A stretch of DNA of 64,000 nucleotides from Alphaproteobacteria bacterium (GTDB lineage: Bacteria > Pseudomonadota > Alphaproteobacteria > GCA-2731375), in contig CBDDPY010000002.1 of the NCBI GenBank assembly GCA_965232515.1, positions 224,001 to 288,000 on the forward strand. The letters run 5' to 3'. The notes beneath the pieces are model-generated. The model did no database searches. It saw only the letters and a program-made list of their open reading frames with translations, and was not told the DNA's origin. Position numbers and translations under genes: made by a program. Shown here in pieces: positions 42,920 through 53,020 of this stretch (its first letter is position 1; each line of letters opens with the position of its first letter).

Positions 42920-44233
42920 ATGGCGAGTGACACCTATCAGGTCCAATTCGAGGCCGTGAAGTCGGAGCTGCCGGGCGCCGATCTCGCCTGGCTGAACGGC
43001 CTGCGCGAAGCCGGCCTGCGGCAGGTCGCCAGTCTCGGCCTGCCGACGCCCAAGGTCGAGGCCTGGCGCTACACCAATTTGAACCTGCTGCGGAAGATCG
43101 ATTTCCATCCCGCGCCGGCGTTGGCGAATGGCGTCGACGCTACGGGCCTGCCGACGCTCGTCGTGGCCGAACGCCAGCCATTGCGGCTCGCGTTCGTCAA
43201 CGGCCGCTTCCGCGCCGACCTGTCGTCGCTCGACGACCCCCCGGCCGGCGTGACGCTGGCGCCGCTGGCTGACCGTTTGGATGCCATCGAGGGCCGGCTT
43301 GGCAGTCTGGTGAACGACGATGCGTCGCCGCTGGTCGGCCTGAACACCGCCATGACAGGCGACGGCGTGGTGCTGGAGATCGCCGCCAACACGACGTTGG
43401 CGCGCCCGATCGAGCTGGTGTTCGTGGGCGGCCTGTCCGACGACGCCGTCGCTTGGCATCCGCGCAACCTGATCCTGGCCGGCGAGAATTGCGAAGCGAC
43501 CATCGTGGAGCAGCATGTCGGTCTTGGCGGGGGCCAGTATTTCGCCAACAGTGTCACCGAGCTGGTGGCGGAGGCGGGCGCGCGCCTGCGCCACTACCGG
43601 CTCCAGGACGAGGGCGCCGGTGGTTTCCACGTGAACACGCTGCTGGCGCACATCGCCAGGTCCGCGGTGCTGGACAACTTCGTCCTCTCGCTCGGGGGCC
43701 AGCTCTCGCGCAACGAGATCCATGTCCGGCTTGACGGCCCCGGCGCCGAGGTCCGTCTGAACGGCGCCTACGCCATGACCGGCCGGCAGCATTGCGACAC
43801 CACGACCTTCATCGATCACGCCTCGCCGAACACCTCGAGCTCGGAGGTCTATAAGGGCGTGCTGGACGAGAAGGCGCGGGCGGTGTTCCAGGGCAAGATC
43901 GCCGTGCGGCCACAGGCCCAGAAGACCGACGGGCATCAGCTCAGCCGGGCGCTGCTGCTGTCGCCGACCTGCGAGATCGACACCAAGCCGGAGCTCGAGA
44001 TCTTTGCGGACGATGTGAAGTGCAGCCACGGCGCCACGGCCGGCGAGCTCGAGGACGACGCGCTGTTCTATCTGCGCAGTCGCGGCGTGCCGGAAGCAGA
44101 GGCGCGTAATTTGCTTGTCACGGCCTTTCTCGAGGAGATCATCGACGAGATTGCCGACGTGCAGATTCGCGAGGCCTTCCGCGGCCGCGTCGAGGGGTGG
44201 CTCGCCGACCGCGTAACGGGAGAAGCGGCATGA
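42920..44233 (+). CDS. sufD: Fe-S cluster assembly protein SufD
   Basis: EAWRYTN, KPELEIFADDVKCSHGAT, FYLRSRG. Confidence 0.96.
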   Translation: MASDTYQVQFEAVKSELPGADLAWLNGLREAGLRQVASLGLPTPKVEAWRYTNLNLLRKIDFHPAPALANGVDATGLPTLVVAERQPLRLAFVNGRFRADLSSLDDPPAGVTLAPLADRLDAIEGRLGSLVNDDASPLVGLNTAMTGDGVVLEIAANTTLARPIELVFVGGLSDDAVAWHPRNLILAGENCEATIVEQHVGLGGGQYFANSVTELVAEAGARLRHYRLQDEGAGGFHVNTLLAHIARSAVLDNFVLSLGGQLSRNEIHVRLDGPGAEVRLNGAYAMTGRQHCDTTTFIDHASPNTSSSEVYKGVLDEKARAVFQGKIAVRPQAQKTDGHQLSRALLLSPTCEIDTKPELEIFADDVKCSHGATAGELEDDALFYLRSRGVPEAEARNLLVTAFLEEIIDEIADVQIREAFRGRVEGWLADRVTGEAA

Positions 44234-45489
44234 ACGAGACGGCGCTGGCCACCGGCCACAACCTGACGGCGCCCTACGACGTTGAGACCGTGCGGCGGGA
44301 TTTCCCAATTCTGTCGCGCGAGGTCTACGGCAAGCCGCTGGTCTATCTCGACAGCGGCGCCAGCGCGCAGAAGCCGCGTGTCGTCATCGACACCATGACC
44401 GAGGTGCTGGAGAACGAATACGCCAACGTGCACCGCGGCGTGCATTACCTCAGCCAATGCGCCACCGACCGCTACGAGGCCGTGCGCGGCAAGGTCGCCG
44501 GCCTGATCAATGCCGCCACCGAGGACGAGATCGTCTTCACCCGCGGCGGCACCGAGTCGATCAATCTCGTGGCCCAGACCTGGGGCCGGAAGAATTTGGT
44601 CGAGGGCGACGAGGTCGTTGTCACCGCCATGGAGCACCACGCCAACATCGTGCCCTGGCAGCTCCTGGGGATGCAGCAGGGCGTGAAGCTGAAGGTCGCG
44701 CCGATCGACGATGACGGCAATTTCCTGATGGACGAGTTCGAGAAGCTGATCGGCCCGCGCACCAAGCTCGTCGCCGTGACGCATGTCTCGAACGTGCTCG
44801 GCACCGTCCTGCCGCTCAAAGAAATTGCCCGCATCGCGCACGCCAATGGCGCGCTGCTGCTGGTCGACGGCTGTCAGGGCGTGACGCACCTGCCGACGGA
44901 TGTGCAGGACCTGGACGTCGATTTCTACGTCTTCTCCGGCCACAAGCTCTATGGCCCGAACGCCATCGGCGTGCTCTACGGCAAGATGGAACATCTGGTC
45001 GACATGCCGCCCTATCAGGGCGGCGGTGACATGATCGCGCATGTCACCTTCGAGAAGACGTCGTTTAAGGAGCCGCCGCTTCGGTTCGAGGCCGGCACGC
45101 CGCCCATCGTCGAGACCATCGGGCTCGGCGCCGCCATCGATTACGTGCAGGCGCTCGGTATCGAGAACATCGCCGCGCACGAGCACGATCTCACGGTCTA
45201 CGCCATGGAGCGGCTGGGCGAGATCGACGGGCTGAACATCCACGGCAAGGCGCCGGGCAAGACCTCGATCGTGTCGTTCAGTATGGATCAAGCGCATGCG
45301 CATGACATCGGCACCATCATCGACCGCGCCGGCGTCGCCACGCGCACCGGCCATCACTGCGCCGAGCCGCTGATGGACCGATTGGGTGTATCTTCGACCG
45401 TGCGTGCTTCGTTCGGCCTTTACAATACGACCGCCGAGGTCGACGCCCTGGTCGATGCGTTGCAGACGGTGAAGGAGATATTCGGCTGA
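44230..45489 (+). CDS. sufS: Cysteine desulfurase SufS
   Basis: YLDSGASAQKP, EHHANIVPW, SGHKLYGP, RTGHHCA. Confidence 0.96.
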   Translation: MNETALATGHNLTAPYDVETVRRDFPILSREVYGKPLVYLDSGASAQKPRVVIDTMTEVLENEYANVHRGVHYLSQCATDRYEAVRGKVAGLINAATEDEIVFTRGGTESINLVAQTWGRKNLVEGDEVVVTAMEHHANIVPWQLLGMQQGVKLKVAPIDDDGNFLMDEFEKLIGPRTKLVAVTHVSNVLGTVLPLKEIARIAHANGALLLVDGCQGVTHLPTDVQDLDVDFYVFSGHKLYGPNAIGVLYGKMEHLVDMPPYQGGGDMIAHVTFEKTSFKEPPLRFEAGTPPIVETIGLGAAIDYVQALGIENIAAHEHDLTVYAMERLGEIDGLNIHGKAPGKTSIVSFSMDQAHAHDIGTIIDRAGVATRTGHHCAEPLMDRLGVSSTVRASFGLYNTTAEVDALVDALQTVKEIFG

Positions 45490-45959
45490 TGCTCGACGAG
45501 TTGCGCGAGCTTTACCAGGAGGTGATCCTGGACCACGGCAAGAACCCGCGGAACTTCCGGCATCCGTCGGACGCCAACCGCGAGGCGCGCGGCAGCAACC
45601 CGATCTGCGGCGACCGCATCGCCGTTTATCTGCGCATCGGTGACGACGGCCGCATCGAGGACGTGGCCTTCGACGGCAACGGTTGTGCCATTTCGCAGGC
45701 CTCGGCCTCGATGATGACCGAGATGGTCGCCGGCAAGACCGAAGCGGAGGCGCGCAGCCTGTTCGAGAGCTTTCACGAGCTCTGTACCTCGGACGACTTC
45801 GATGCCTCGAAGCATCCGGAAGCCGATGAGGATGCGCTGGAACGCCTGCAGGTGTTGTCCGGCGTGCGCCAGTTCCCGACCCGGGTGAAGTGCGCGACGC
45901 TCGCCTGGCATACGCTGAACGCGGCCATGGAAGGCCGCCAGGAGACGACGACGGAATGA
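45489..45959 (+). CDS. sufU: SufU (NifU-N-like) sulfur-transfer protein
   Basis: LYQEVILDH, NPICGD, GCAISQAS, RVKCATL. Confidence 0.92.
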   Translation: MLDELRELYQEVILDHGKNPRNFRHPSDANREARGSNPICGDRIAVYLRIGDDGRIEDVAFDGNGCAISQASASMMTEMVAGKTEAEARSLFESFHELCTSDDFDASKHPEADEDALERLQVLSGVRQFPTRVKCATLAWHTLNAAMEGRQETTTE

Positions 45960-46372
45960 GCGATACCCACTATGACGGGCTCGGCTTCGGCCATTTCATG
46001 CCCGGCACGTCGGCCGCCGAGGATGGCGTGTTCTATGCCGGTGAGGCGATCGACACCTCGAAAGTCCCGGTCGCCGAGAAAGAGGCCGTGGCCGATGCCT
46101 TGCGCACGGTCTACGACCCCGAGATCCCGGTTAACATTTATGAACTCGGCCTGGTCTACGATATCGACATCGACGCCGCTGGCGGCTGCGTGATCAAGAT
46201 GACCTTGACCGCGCCCGGCTGTCCGGTGGCCGGCATTTTGCCGGGCCAGGTCGCCGAGGCCGCCGCCTCGGTCGACGGCATCGGCGAGGTCGCCGTGCAT
46301 CTGGTCTGGGACCCGCCCTGGACGCCGGACTTGATGTCGGATGTCGCGAAAGTCGAGTTGGACATGTTCTGA
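45956..46372 (+). CDS. sufT: DUF59 / SufT-like Fe-S maturation protein
   Basis: VYDPEIPVNIYELGLVY, MTLTAPGCP, WDPPW. Confidence 0.88.
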   Translation: MSDTHYDGLGFGHFMPGTSAAEDGVFYAGEAIDTSKVPVAEKEAVADALRTVYDPEIPVNIYELGLVYDIDIDAAGGCVIKMTLTAPGCPVAGILPGQVAEAAASVDGIGEVAVHLVWDPPWTPDLMSDVAKVELDMF

Positions 46373-46414
46373 TGCCGCACCGGCATGGAATTGACGGAGT
46401 GCAGGAGTAGAGCC

Positions 46415-46756
46415 ATGGCCTTACCGCCGCCGATCACGATTACCGATGCCGCCGCCGACCGCGTCAAGCACCTGGTCGCGCAGGGCGACAACGAGGTCGC
46501 CGGCCTGCGCGTCGGCGTCAAGCAGGGCGGCTGCTCGGGCATGATGTATCAGGTCGAATACGCCAAGGACCGCGAGCCGCACGAAGAGGTGGTCGAGGAC
46601 AAGGGCGTGAAGATCTTCATCGCGCCGACGGCCTTCATGTACCTGCTGGGCTCGGAGATGGACTACCGCGAAAGCAAGTTCGAAGCGGGGTTCGTGTTCA
46701 ACAATCCAAACGAGGCCGACCGCTGCGGCTGCGGCGAGAGCTTCCGCGTCGCCTGA
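46415..46756 (+). CDS. sufA: A-type Fe-S carrier (SufA/IscA/HesB family)
   Basis: GGCSG, FNNPN, CGCGESF. Confidence 0.9.
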   Translation: MALPPPITITDAAADRVKHLVAQGDNEVAGLRVGVKQGGCSGMMYQVEYAKDREPHEEVVEDKGVKIFIAPTAFMYLLGSEMDYRESKFEAGFVFNNPNEADRCGCGESFRVA

Positions 46757-46797
46757 GGCCTGGGCAATTACCGTTCCGGCCCATATGCTGGGTCGGC

Positions 46798-47301
46798 ATG
46801 CAACGTATCCTGATTAGCGCCTGCCTTTTGGGCCGCAAGGTCCGCTACGACGGCAATCACAAGGCAAAAACCGATTCCCGACTCGATCGCTGGCAACGGG
46901 AAGGCCGGCTGGTGGCGATCTGCCCGGAGTTGGCCGCCGGATTCGGCACGCCCCGGCCGCCCGCCGAAATCGTCGGCGCCGGCGACGGCGACCGTGTGCT
47001 GCGCGGCCAGGCGACGGTGCAGGAGAAGTCCGGCGACGACGTCACGTCGGCCTATCTCGCCGGTGCGCAGGAGGCCCTGGACCTTGCCCGCCAGCATGAC
47101 GCCGCCTACGCGATCCTTGCCGACGGCAGCCCGTCCTGCGGCAGCCATCGGATCTATGACGGCACCTTCGCGGGTAAGACGAAGCCGGGCATGGGCGTGA
47201 CCGCGGCGCTGCTGCAGCGCCATGGCATCGCCGTCTATTCGGAGTCCGAGATTCCGCTTTTGGCCGCCGCGCTGGAGTCCGAGGTCGCTACTTCACCGTG
47301 A
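46798..47301 (+). CDS. DUF523 protein (TudS-like thiouracil desulfidase family)
   Basis: SACLLG, VRYDG, ICPE..AG..TPRP, SPSCG, G.GVTAALL. Confidence 0.88.
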   Translation: MQRILISACLLGRKVRYDGNHKAKTDSRLDRWQREGRLVAICPELAAGFGTPRPPAEIVGAGDGDRVLRGQATVQEKSGDDVTSAYLAGAQEALDLARQHDAAYAILADGSPSCGSHRIYDGTFAGKTKPGMGVTAALLQRHGIAVYSESEIPLLAAALESEVATSP

Positions 47302-47752
47302 TGCAGGTGCAGTCGGCGAGCTGCGCCACCTTCGACGAGACGCTGCCCATCAACAGACCGCCGATGCGTCCGAGGCCCCGCCGGCCCATTACCACGACAT
47401 CGGCGTTGTTTTCTTTCGCATAGTCGACGATGGTCTCGGCCGGATCGCCGACTGCCAGATCGCGCTCAATCTTCTTCACGCCGAAGTCGACGGCGCGCTG
47501 ATAGGCGTTGTTGATGATTTCGTTCGCGGCCGATTTCAGGACGTCCGCTTCGGTAACCCGGACATGCTCGAGTTCGGCGAATTGCTTCAGCTCTTCCGGT
47601 ACCTGGCTGCTGCCGGCATGAGTCATGACGTTCAGCAGGATCAGTTCCGCGCCGTACTCGTCCGCCAGGCTGCTTGCGAAATCGACGGCGCGCTCTGCGT
47701 GGTTGGAGCCGTCGACCGGCACCAGGATCTTGGAGATCATCTTCGCCACCAT
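47288..47752 (-). CDS. Universal stress protein
   Basis: ILVPVDGS, VVMGRRG, MGSVSSKV. Confidence 0.93.
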   Translation of the reverse strand: MVAKMISKILVPVDGSNHAERAVDFASSLADEYGAELILLNVMTHAGSSQVPEELKQFAELEHVRVTEADVLKSAANEIINNAYQRAVDFGVKKIERDLAVGDPAETIVDYAKENNADVVVMGRRGLGRIGGLLMGSVSSKVAQLADCTCITVK

Positions 47753-47831
47753 GTCTGCCTCCGTTTCCGGCCGAGCCTATGCGGGTGCCGGACGGGCAAC
47801 GTTGATGTCGATCAAGCCACGTCGAGGGAGG

Positions 47832-49139
47832 TCAGCCGCGGAGCTGGATGGTATTCGGCAGGAAGGTGACGATGTCGGGGAAGATGGCGATCAGGATCGC
47901 CATGCCGGCCATAATCAGAAAGAACGGGATGGTTGCCTTGGCGATGCGGCCGATATTTTCGCCGGTCAATCCCTGAATGACGAACAGGTTGAAACCGACG
48001 GGCGGCGTGATCTGCGCCATTTCGACCACGATCACCACAAAGATGCCGAACCAGATCTTGTCGAAGCCGGCGGCGATCACCAGCGGCAGCGTGATCGGCA
48101 ACGTCATGACGATGCTCGACAGACCGTCCAGCACGCAGCCCAGCACGGCATAGAACACAAGCAGCAGCAGGATTAGCTCGAAGGGGCCAAGGCCCAATCC
48201 CGCGATCTCGCCGGCGATCAGCCGCGGCACGCCGAGAAAGCCCATCGACACCGACAGGAACACCGCGCCGGTGACGATCAGGCCGATCATCGACGTCGTG
48301 CGCACGGCGCCGAGGCAGGCCTTGCGGATCGTTGTCCAGTTCAGCGTCTTCTGCGCCGCCGAGACGATCACCGCACCCAGCACGCCGACGGCGGCGGCCT
48401 CCGACGGACTGGCGAACCCGGCATACATCGAGCCCAGCACCAGCAGGATCAGGAACACCACCGGGCCCAGATCCACCAGCCCGGCCATGCGGTCCCGCCA
48501 GGTCGGCCGCAGGTCTTCCTGCGGCACCATGCCCGGCGTGATCGACGCCCGCAGCGCCAGGTAGCCCATATAGAAACTGGCCAGCAGCAGGCCCGGAATG
48601 ACGCCGGCGATGAACAGTTTCAGGATCGAGGTCTCGGCCAGCACGCCATAGATGATCAGGATGATCGATGGCGGAATGAGGAAACCCAGCGTGCCGGCGC
48701 CGGCGAGCGAGCCCATCACCAGGTCGCGGTTGTAGCCACGCCGGAACAGCTCAGAGAGCGTGATCCGGCCGACCGTCGCCGCCGTCGCCGCGGATGAGCC
48801 CGAGATCGCCGCGAACAGCGTGCAGCCCAGCACATTCACGTGCAGCATCCGGCCCGGCAGCCGGTTGGTCCAGGGCGCGAGCCCGTTGAACAGCGAGGCG
48901 GAGAGGCGGGTATGGAACAATATCTCCGCCATCAGGATGAACATCGGCAGGGCGATCAGCTCCGGCGTCGTCAGCGTGTTCCAGCTGAGCTGGGCCAGCA
49001 GCTTCTCGACCGGCATGTTGCGGAACAGCGCCAGGCCGGTGATGGCGACGGCATAGAGCGCCAGGCCGACCCAGATGCCGATACCCAGCGTGATGACCAG
49101 CAGCGCCAGGATCGTGATCAGGATAACGCCAGCGTCCAT
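47832..49139 (-). CDS. dctM: TRAP transporter large permease (DctM)
   Basis: ALPMFILM, AISGSSAAT, GTLGFLIPPS, TPPVGFNLF. Confidence 0.93.
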   Translation of the reverse strand: MDAGVILITILALLVITLGIGIWVGLALYAVAITGLALFRNMPVEKLLAQLSWNTLTTPELIALPMFILMAEILFHTRLSASLFNGLAPWTNRLPGRMLHVNVLGCTLFAAISGSSAATAATVGRITLSELFRRGYNRDLVMGSLAGAGTLGFLIPPSIILIIYGVLAETSILKLFIAGVIPGLLLASFYMGYLALRASITPGMVPQEDLRPTWRDRMAGLVDLGPVVFLILLVLGSMYAGFASPSEAAAVGVLGAVIVSAAQKTLNWTTIRKACLGAVRTTSMIGLIVTGAVFLSVSMGFLGVPRLIAGEIAGLGLGPFELILLLLVFYAVLGCVLDGLSSIVMTLPITLPLVIAAGFDKIWFGIFVVIVVEMAQITPPVGFNLFVIQGLTGENIGRIAKATIPFFLIMAGMAILIAIFPDIVTFLPNTIQLRG

Positions 49140-49663
49140 CAGTCCACCTGATAGCCGCCGGACATGTCCTCCGGCGCTTCGTCGGTGACCGTCAGCCGCA
49201 GCAGCCGCACCACCAGCTGCAGCGTCAGCAGCACGGCGCCGAGCGCGATGCCGCCCTGCGGAATGACCAGCGGCGTCGCCGAGATCGTCGCCGACACGCT
49301 ACCGGCTTCAAAGGACCGCCAGGCAAGCTGGACCAGCGCGAACGACAGATAGCCGGCAATGACGATGCCGCAAAACGTGCAGATCAGATCGATCACATAG
49401 GCGGCGCGCGGCGGCACGCTCGAGGCGAGCAGCGATACCCTGATGTGGCCGCCGGTGCGCAGTGTGAACGCGGCGCCGAAGAACATGGCCACGGCCATGG
49501 AGTAAGCGCTGTATTCCCAGGCGAAGCTCAAGCTGTAGTTGAAGAGCGCGCGGGCGACGATCTCGGCCAGGATCATGACGGCGATCGACACCGTGAGTAT
49601 GGCCGCAATGCCGCCAAGCAATTTGGCTATCGCGTCTGTGGCGGCAAACACGCGCGTGAGCAT
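49139..49663 (-). CDS. dctQ: TRAP transporter small permease (DctQ)
   Basis: Four hydrophobic segments, GGHIRV; TTG start; operon context. Confidence 0.9.
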   Translation of the reverse strand: MLTRVFAATDAIAKLLGGIAAILTVSIAVMILAEIVARALFNYSLSFAWEYSAYSMAVAMFFGAAFTLRTGGHIRVSLLASSVPPRAAYVIDLICTFCGIVIAGYLSFALVQLAWRSFEAGSVSATISATPLVIPQGGIALGAVLLTLQLVVRLLRLTVTDEAPEDMSGGYQVD

Positions 49664-49709
49664 TCAAAAATCGCCTGTCGGGAACGGAAGGTGCGAAGGG
49701 ATAACGTCA

Positions 49710-49739
49710 CCGCCCCGGCTTGCTGTCGTGCCGGGGCGG
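49710..49739 (-). other. GC stem-loop 3' of the TRAP binding-protein gene
   Basis: CCGCCCCGGC-N10-GCCGGGGCGG perfect 10-bp stem with no adjacent U-tract. Confidence 0.55.
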
Positions 49740-49751
49740 CGGAATCGGCCG

Positions 49752-50747
49752 TTACATGCTGACGTCTTTCTTGTACGCCTCGATGATCGAGCCGGCGGGC
49801 TCGCCGACGGAAGCGGTGAATTCGCCGACCATCGGCGCCGTCAGCTCCTGCATGGCCTGGCGCAGGTCGTCCGTGACTTTGCCCATGACCACGCCGTTGT
49901 CGGTCAGGATCTTCGACTTGGCCTCGTCTTCCCGGCGCGAGACGTCCCAGAACTCGGGCTGCAGCTTCGTCGCCAGGGCCTCGATCGCATCGCGATGCTC
50001 GGGTTTCAGGCCATTCCAGGCATCCAGGTTGACGGTCACGATGTTCGACGACCAGACGTGGCTCGTCGGATACATGTATTTCAGGAATTCCCAGAACTTG
50101 CCGTCGACGCCGGAACTGGCCGACGTCGTTACCGCGTCGATGGTGCCGGCGGCCAGTGACGGCACCACCTCGCCCCAGGGCAGCTGCACCGCCGTCATGC
50201 CGACGCGGTTGAACATTTCCGTCGTCGACTTGTTGTAGGTGCGGATCTTGATTCCCTTCAGGTCGTCGACGCCCGCGACCGGGACCTTGGTATAGACGTA
50301 TTGCCGCGGCCAGGGGACGATGTAGAGGATCTTCTGATTGAAGTCCTTGGCCACCTCGGCCAGCGCCGGCAGATAGTGTTTGTGCAGAACCTCCAGGTCG
50401 TCGAAACCGCCGACCAGATAGGGCTGGGCTTCCAGGCCCATGATCGGCGCTTCACCGACCTGTTGCATCAGCAGCACGTCGCCGATCGGCACCAGGCCGT
50501 CGCGCACGGCCGTCAGCATCTCCGGGCCCTTGAAGCCGAGCGAGCCGCCCGGGTGGATGTTGATCGTCACCTCACCGCCGGTCGCCTTGTTGACCTCGGC
50601 CGCGAAGCGCTTCGCGTTCTCGACGTGGAAGTTGCCGTCCGGCCAGGCCAGCGGCAGGTCCCAGGTGGTGGCCGCCAGCGTCGGCGCGCTCAAGCTCAGC
50701 GCCATCGTCGTGGCGGCGGCGAAACGGATGAGTCGGTGCGTGGACAT
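49752..50747 (-). CDS. dctP: TRAP transporter substrate-binding protein (DctP family)
   Basis: Signal peptide, HPGGSL, DLKGIKIR, WGEVVPSL; GGAGG RBS. Confidence 0.9.
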   Translation of the reverse strand: MSTHRLIRFAAATTMALSLSAPTLAATTWDLPLAWPDGNFHVENAKRFAAEVNKATGGEVTINIHPGGSLGFKGPEMLTAVRDGLVPIGDVLLMQQVGEAPIMGLEAQPYLVGGFDDLEVLHKHYLPALAEVAKDFNQKILYIVPWPRQYVYTKVPVAGVDDLKGIKIRTYNKSTTEMFNRVGMTAVQLPWGEVVPSLAAGTIDAVTTSASSGVDGKFWEFLKYMYPTSHVWSSNIVTVNLDAWNGLKPEHRDAIEALATKLQPEFWDVSRREDEAKSKILTDNGVVMGKVTDDLRQAMQELTAPMVGEFTASVGEPAGSIIEAYKKDVSM

Positions 50748-50915
50748 GGTTAACGCCTCCTTGTTCGTTGTTGTGCGAACCATAGGGGCTCTAGCTTAGC
50801 TTGGCCACGACTTCGTGATATCCGGGCGCAACCGGGGTCGCGCGCCGCCGGAGACTGGCTTATAGTCGCGGCCTTCCGAGGTTTTCCAAACCCAGCAAGT
50901 GACAAGGGACCTGAT

Positions 50916-53006
50916 ATGGCGCAATCGTCAGGATCGGCGCGTCTGGCCGTCGATATCGGCGGTACCTTTACCGATGTGGCGCTGGAACAGGGCGAACGAC
51001 GTGTCGCCGTCAAGGTGTTGACCACGCCGGACGCGCCTGAGCGCGGCGTGATGCAGGGCGTCGCCGACGTGCTGGCGCAGGCGGGCCTCAGCCCGGCCGA
51101 TGTCAGCATCATCATCCACGGCACGACGCTCGCCACCAACGCCATCATCGAACGCAAGGGCGCGAAGACGGCCCTGATCGGCACCGAGGGTTTCCGTGAT
51201 TCCGTCGAGATGGCCTACGAGAACCGGTTCGAGCAGTACGACATCAACATCGAAAAGCCGGTGCCGCTGGTGCCGCGCTACTTGCGCTGGTCCGTGACCG
51301 AGCGCATGAGCGCCGAGGGCGCACCGCTGACGCCGCTCGACGAGGCCTCGGTCGAGGCGCTGCTGCCGGAGATCGACCGGCACGGCATCGAGAGCGTCGC
51401 CATCGGCCTGCTGCACGCCTACGCCAATCCGGACCACGAGCGCCGCATCGGCGAGATTCTCAAGGCGGCGCGCCCCGACCTCTGGCTCACCCTGTCCTCG
51501 GAAGTCTGTCCCGAGATCCGCGAATACGAACGTCAGTCGACAGCCTGCGCCAACGCCTATGTCCAGCCGCTGATGGCCAGCTATCTCACCAGCCTGCGCG
51601 ATCAGCTGCGCGAAACCGGCCTCGATTGTCCGCTGTTCCTGATGATGTCCGGCGGCGGCCTGACCACCGTCGACACCGCGGTGCGCTTCCCCATCCGCCT
51701 GGTCGAGTCGGGGCCGGCCGGCGGCGCCATCCTGGCTAGCCACATCGCCGCCGAATGCGGCCTCGATCAGGTGCTGTCCTACGACATGGGCGGCACCACC
51801 GCGAAGATCTGCCTGATCGACGACGGCAAGCCGCAGGCCTCGCGCACCTTCGAGGTCGACCGCATCTACCGCTTCACCAAGGGCAGCGGCCTGCCGCTGC
51901 GCATTCCGGTGATCGAGATGGTCGAGATCGGCGCCGGCGGCGGTTCCATCGCCCAGGTCGACGCCCTGCAGCGCATCAATGTCGGCCCCGAGAGCGCCGG
52001 CTCCGAGCCGGGCCCCGCCTGCTACGACCATGGCGGCGAGCGGCCGACGGTGACGGATGCCGACGTGGCGCTCGGCCGCATCGACCCCGACAGCTTCGCC
52101 GGCGGCCGCATGCGACTTGCCGGCGACAAGGCGAAGGCGGCGCTCACGCGCGATGTGGGCGAGGCGCTCAACCTCGAGCCGTCGCTCGCCGCCTTCGGCG
52201 TCAGCGAAGTGGTTGACGAGAACATGGCGAACGCCGCCCGCGTGCACGCCATCGAGCGCGGCAAGGACGTCGGCAGCCGGGCGCTCGTCGCCTTCGGCGG
52301 CGCGGCGCCGCTGCATGCTTCGCGCCTCGCCGAGAAGCTCGGCATCGACGAGATTATCGTGCCGACCGGCGCCGGCGTCGGCTCGGCCATCGGCTTCCTG
52401 CGCGCGCCGGTCGCCTACGAGGTCGTGCACAGCCGCTACATGCGTCTCACCGGCTTCGATCTCGACGCCGCCAACGCCATGCTTGCGGGCATGCAGAAGG
52501 AAGCGACCGACATCGTCCGCATCGGTGCGCCCGATGCCGAGCTGACCGAAACCCGTATCGCCTATATGCGTTACGTGGGGCAGGGGCACGAGATCGAGGT
52601 CTCGCTGCCGATCCGCGCGATGACCGAGGCTGACGTCACGGCCCTGCAGGCGGCCTACGACGAGCGCTATACCGAGCTGTTCGGCCGCGTCGTGCCCGGC
52701 GTCGACGTTGAGATCCTGACCTGGGCGCTCACCGTCTCGACCGCGCCGCCCGAAGCGACGCCGGCGAGCGAACCGCCTGACGCCGGCCCGCCCGCCGCCA
52801 ACGACAGCCGCAAGGTCTTCGATCCGGCCAGGACGGACTTCATCGAGGCGCCGGTCTACGCCCGCGACGACCTGACGCCCGGCATGCGCATCGACGGCCC
52901 GGCGGTGATCGCCGAGGACCAGACCACCACCATCGTCGGCGCCGGCTTCGATGCCCGCATCGACGCGCTCGGCTATATTCGTCTCATGCGCCGGCCCGCG
53001 GCCTGA
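50916..53006 (+). CDS. Hydantoinase A / 5-oxoprolinase family ATP-binding subunit
   Basis: DIGGTFTD, HGTTLATN, ESGPAGG, DMGGTT, GAGGGS, MRYVGQGHE. Confidence 0.93.
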   Translation: MAQSSGSARLAVDIGGTFTDVALEQGERRVAVKVLTTPDAPERGVMQGVADVLAQAGLSPADVSIIIHGTTLATNAIIERKGAKTALIGTEGFRDSVEMAYENRFEQYDINIEKPVPLVPRYLRWSVTERMSAEGAPLTPLDEASVEALLPEIDRHGIESVAIGLLHAYANPDHERRIGEILKAARPDLWLTLSSEVCPEIREYERQSTACANAYVQPLMASYLTSLRDQLRETGLDCPLFLMMSGGGLTTVDTAVRFPIRLVESGPAGGAILASHIAAECGLDQVLSYDMGGTTAKICLIDDGKPQASRTFEVDRIYRFTKGSGLPLRIPVIEMVEIGAGGGSIAQVDALQRINVGPESAGSEPGPACYDHGGERPTVTDADVALGRIDPDSFAGGRMRLAGDKAKAALTRDVGEALNLEPSLAAFGVSEVVDENMANAARVHAIERGKDVGSRALVAFGGAAPLHASRLAEKLGIDEIIVPTGAGVGSAIGFLRAPVAYEVVHSRYMRLTGFDLDAANAMLAGMQKEATDIVRIGAPDAELTETRIAYMRYVGQGHEIEVSLPIRAMTEADVTALQAAYDERYTELFGRVVPGVDVEILTWALTVSTAPPEATPASEPPDAGPPAANDSRKVFDPARTDFIEAPVYARDDLTPGMRIDGPAVIAEDQTTTIVGAGFDARIDALGYIRLMRRPAA

Positions 53007-53020
53007 CAAGGACCCACGCG

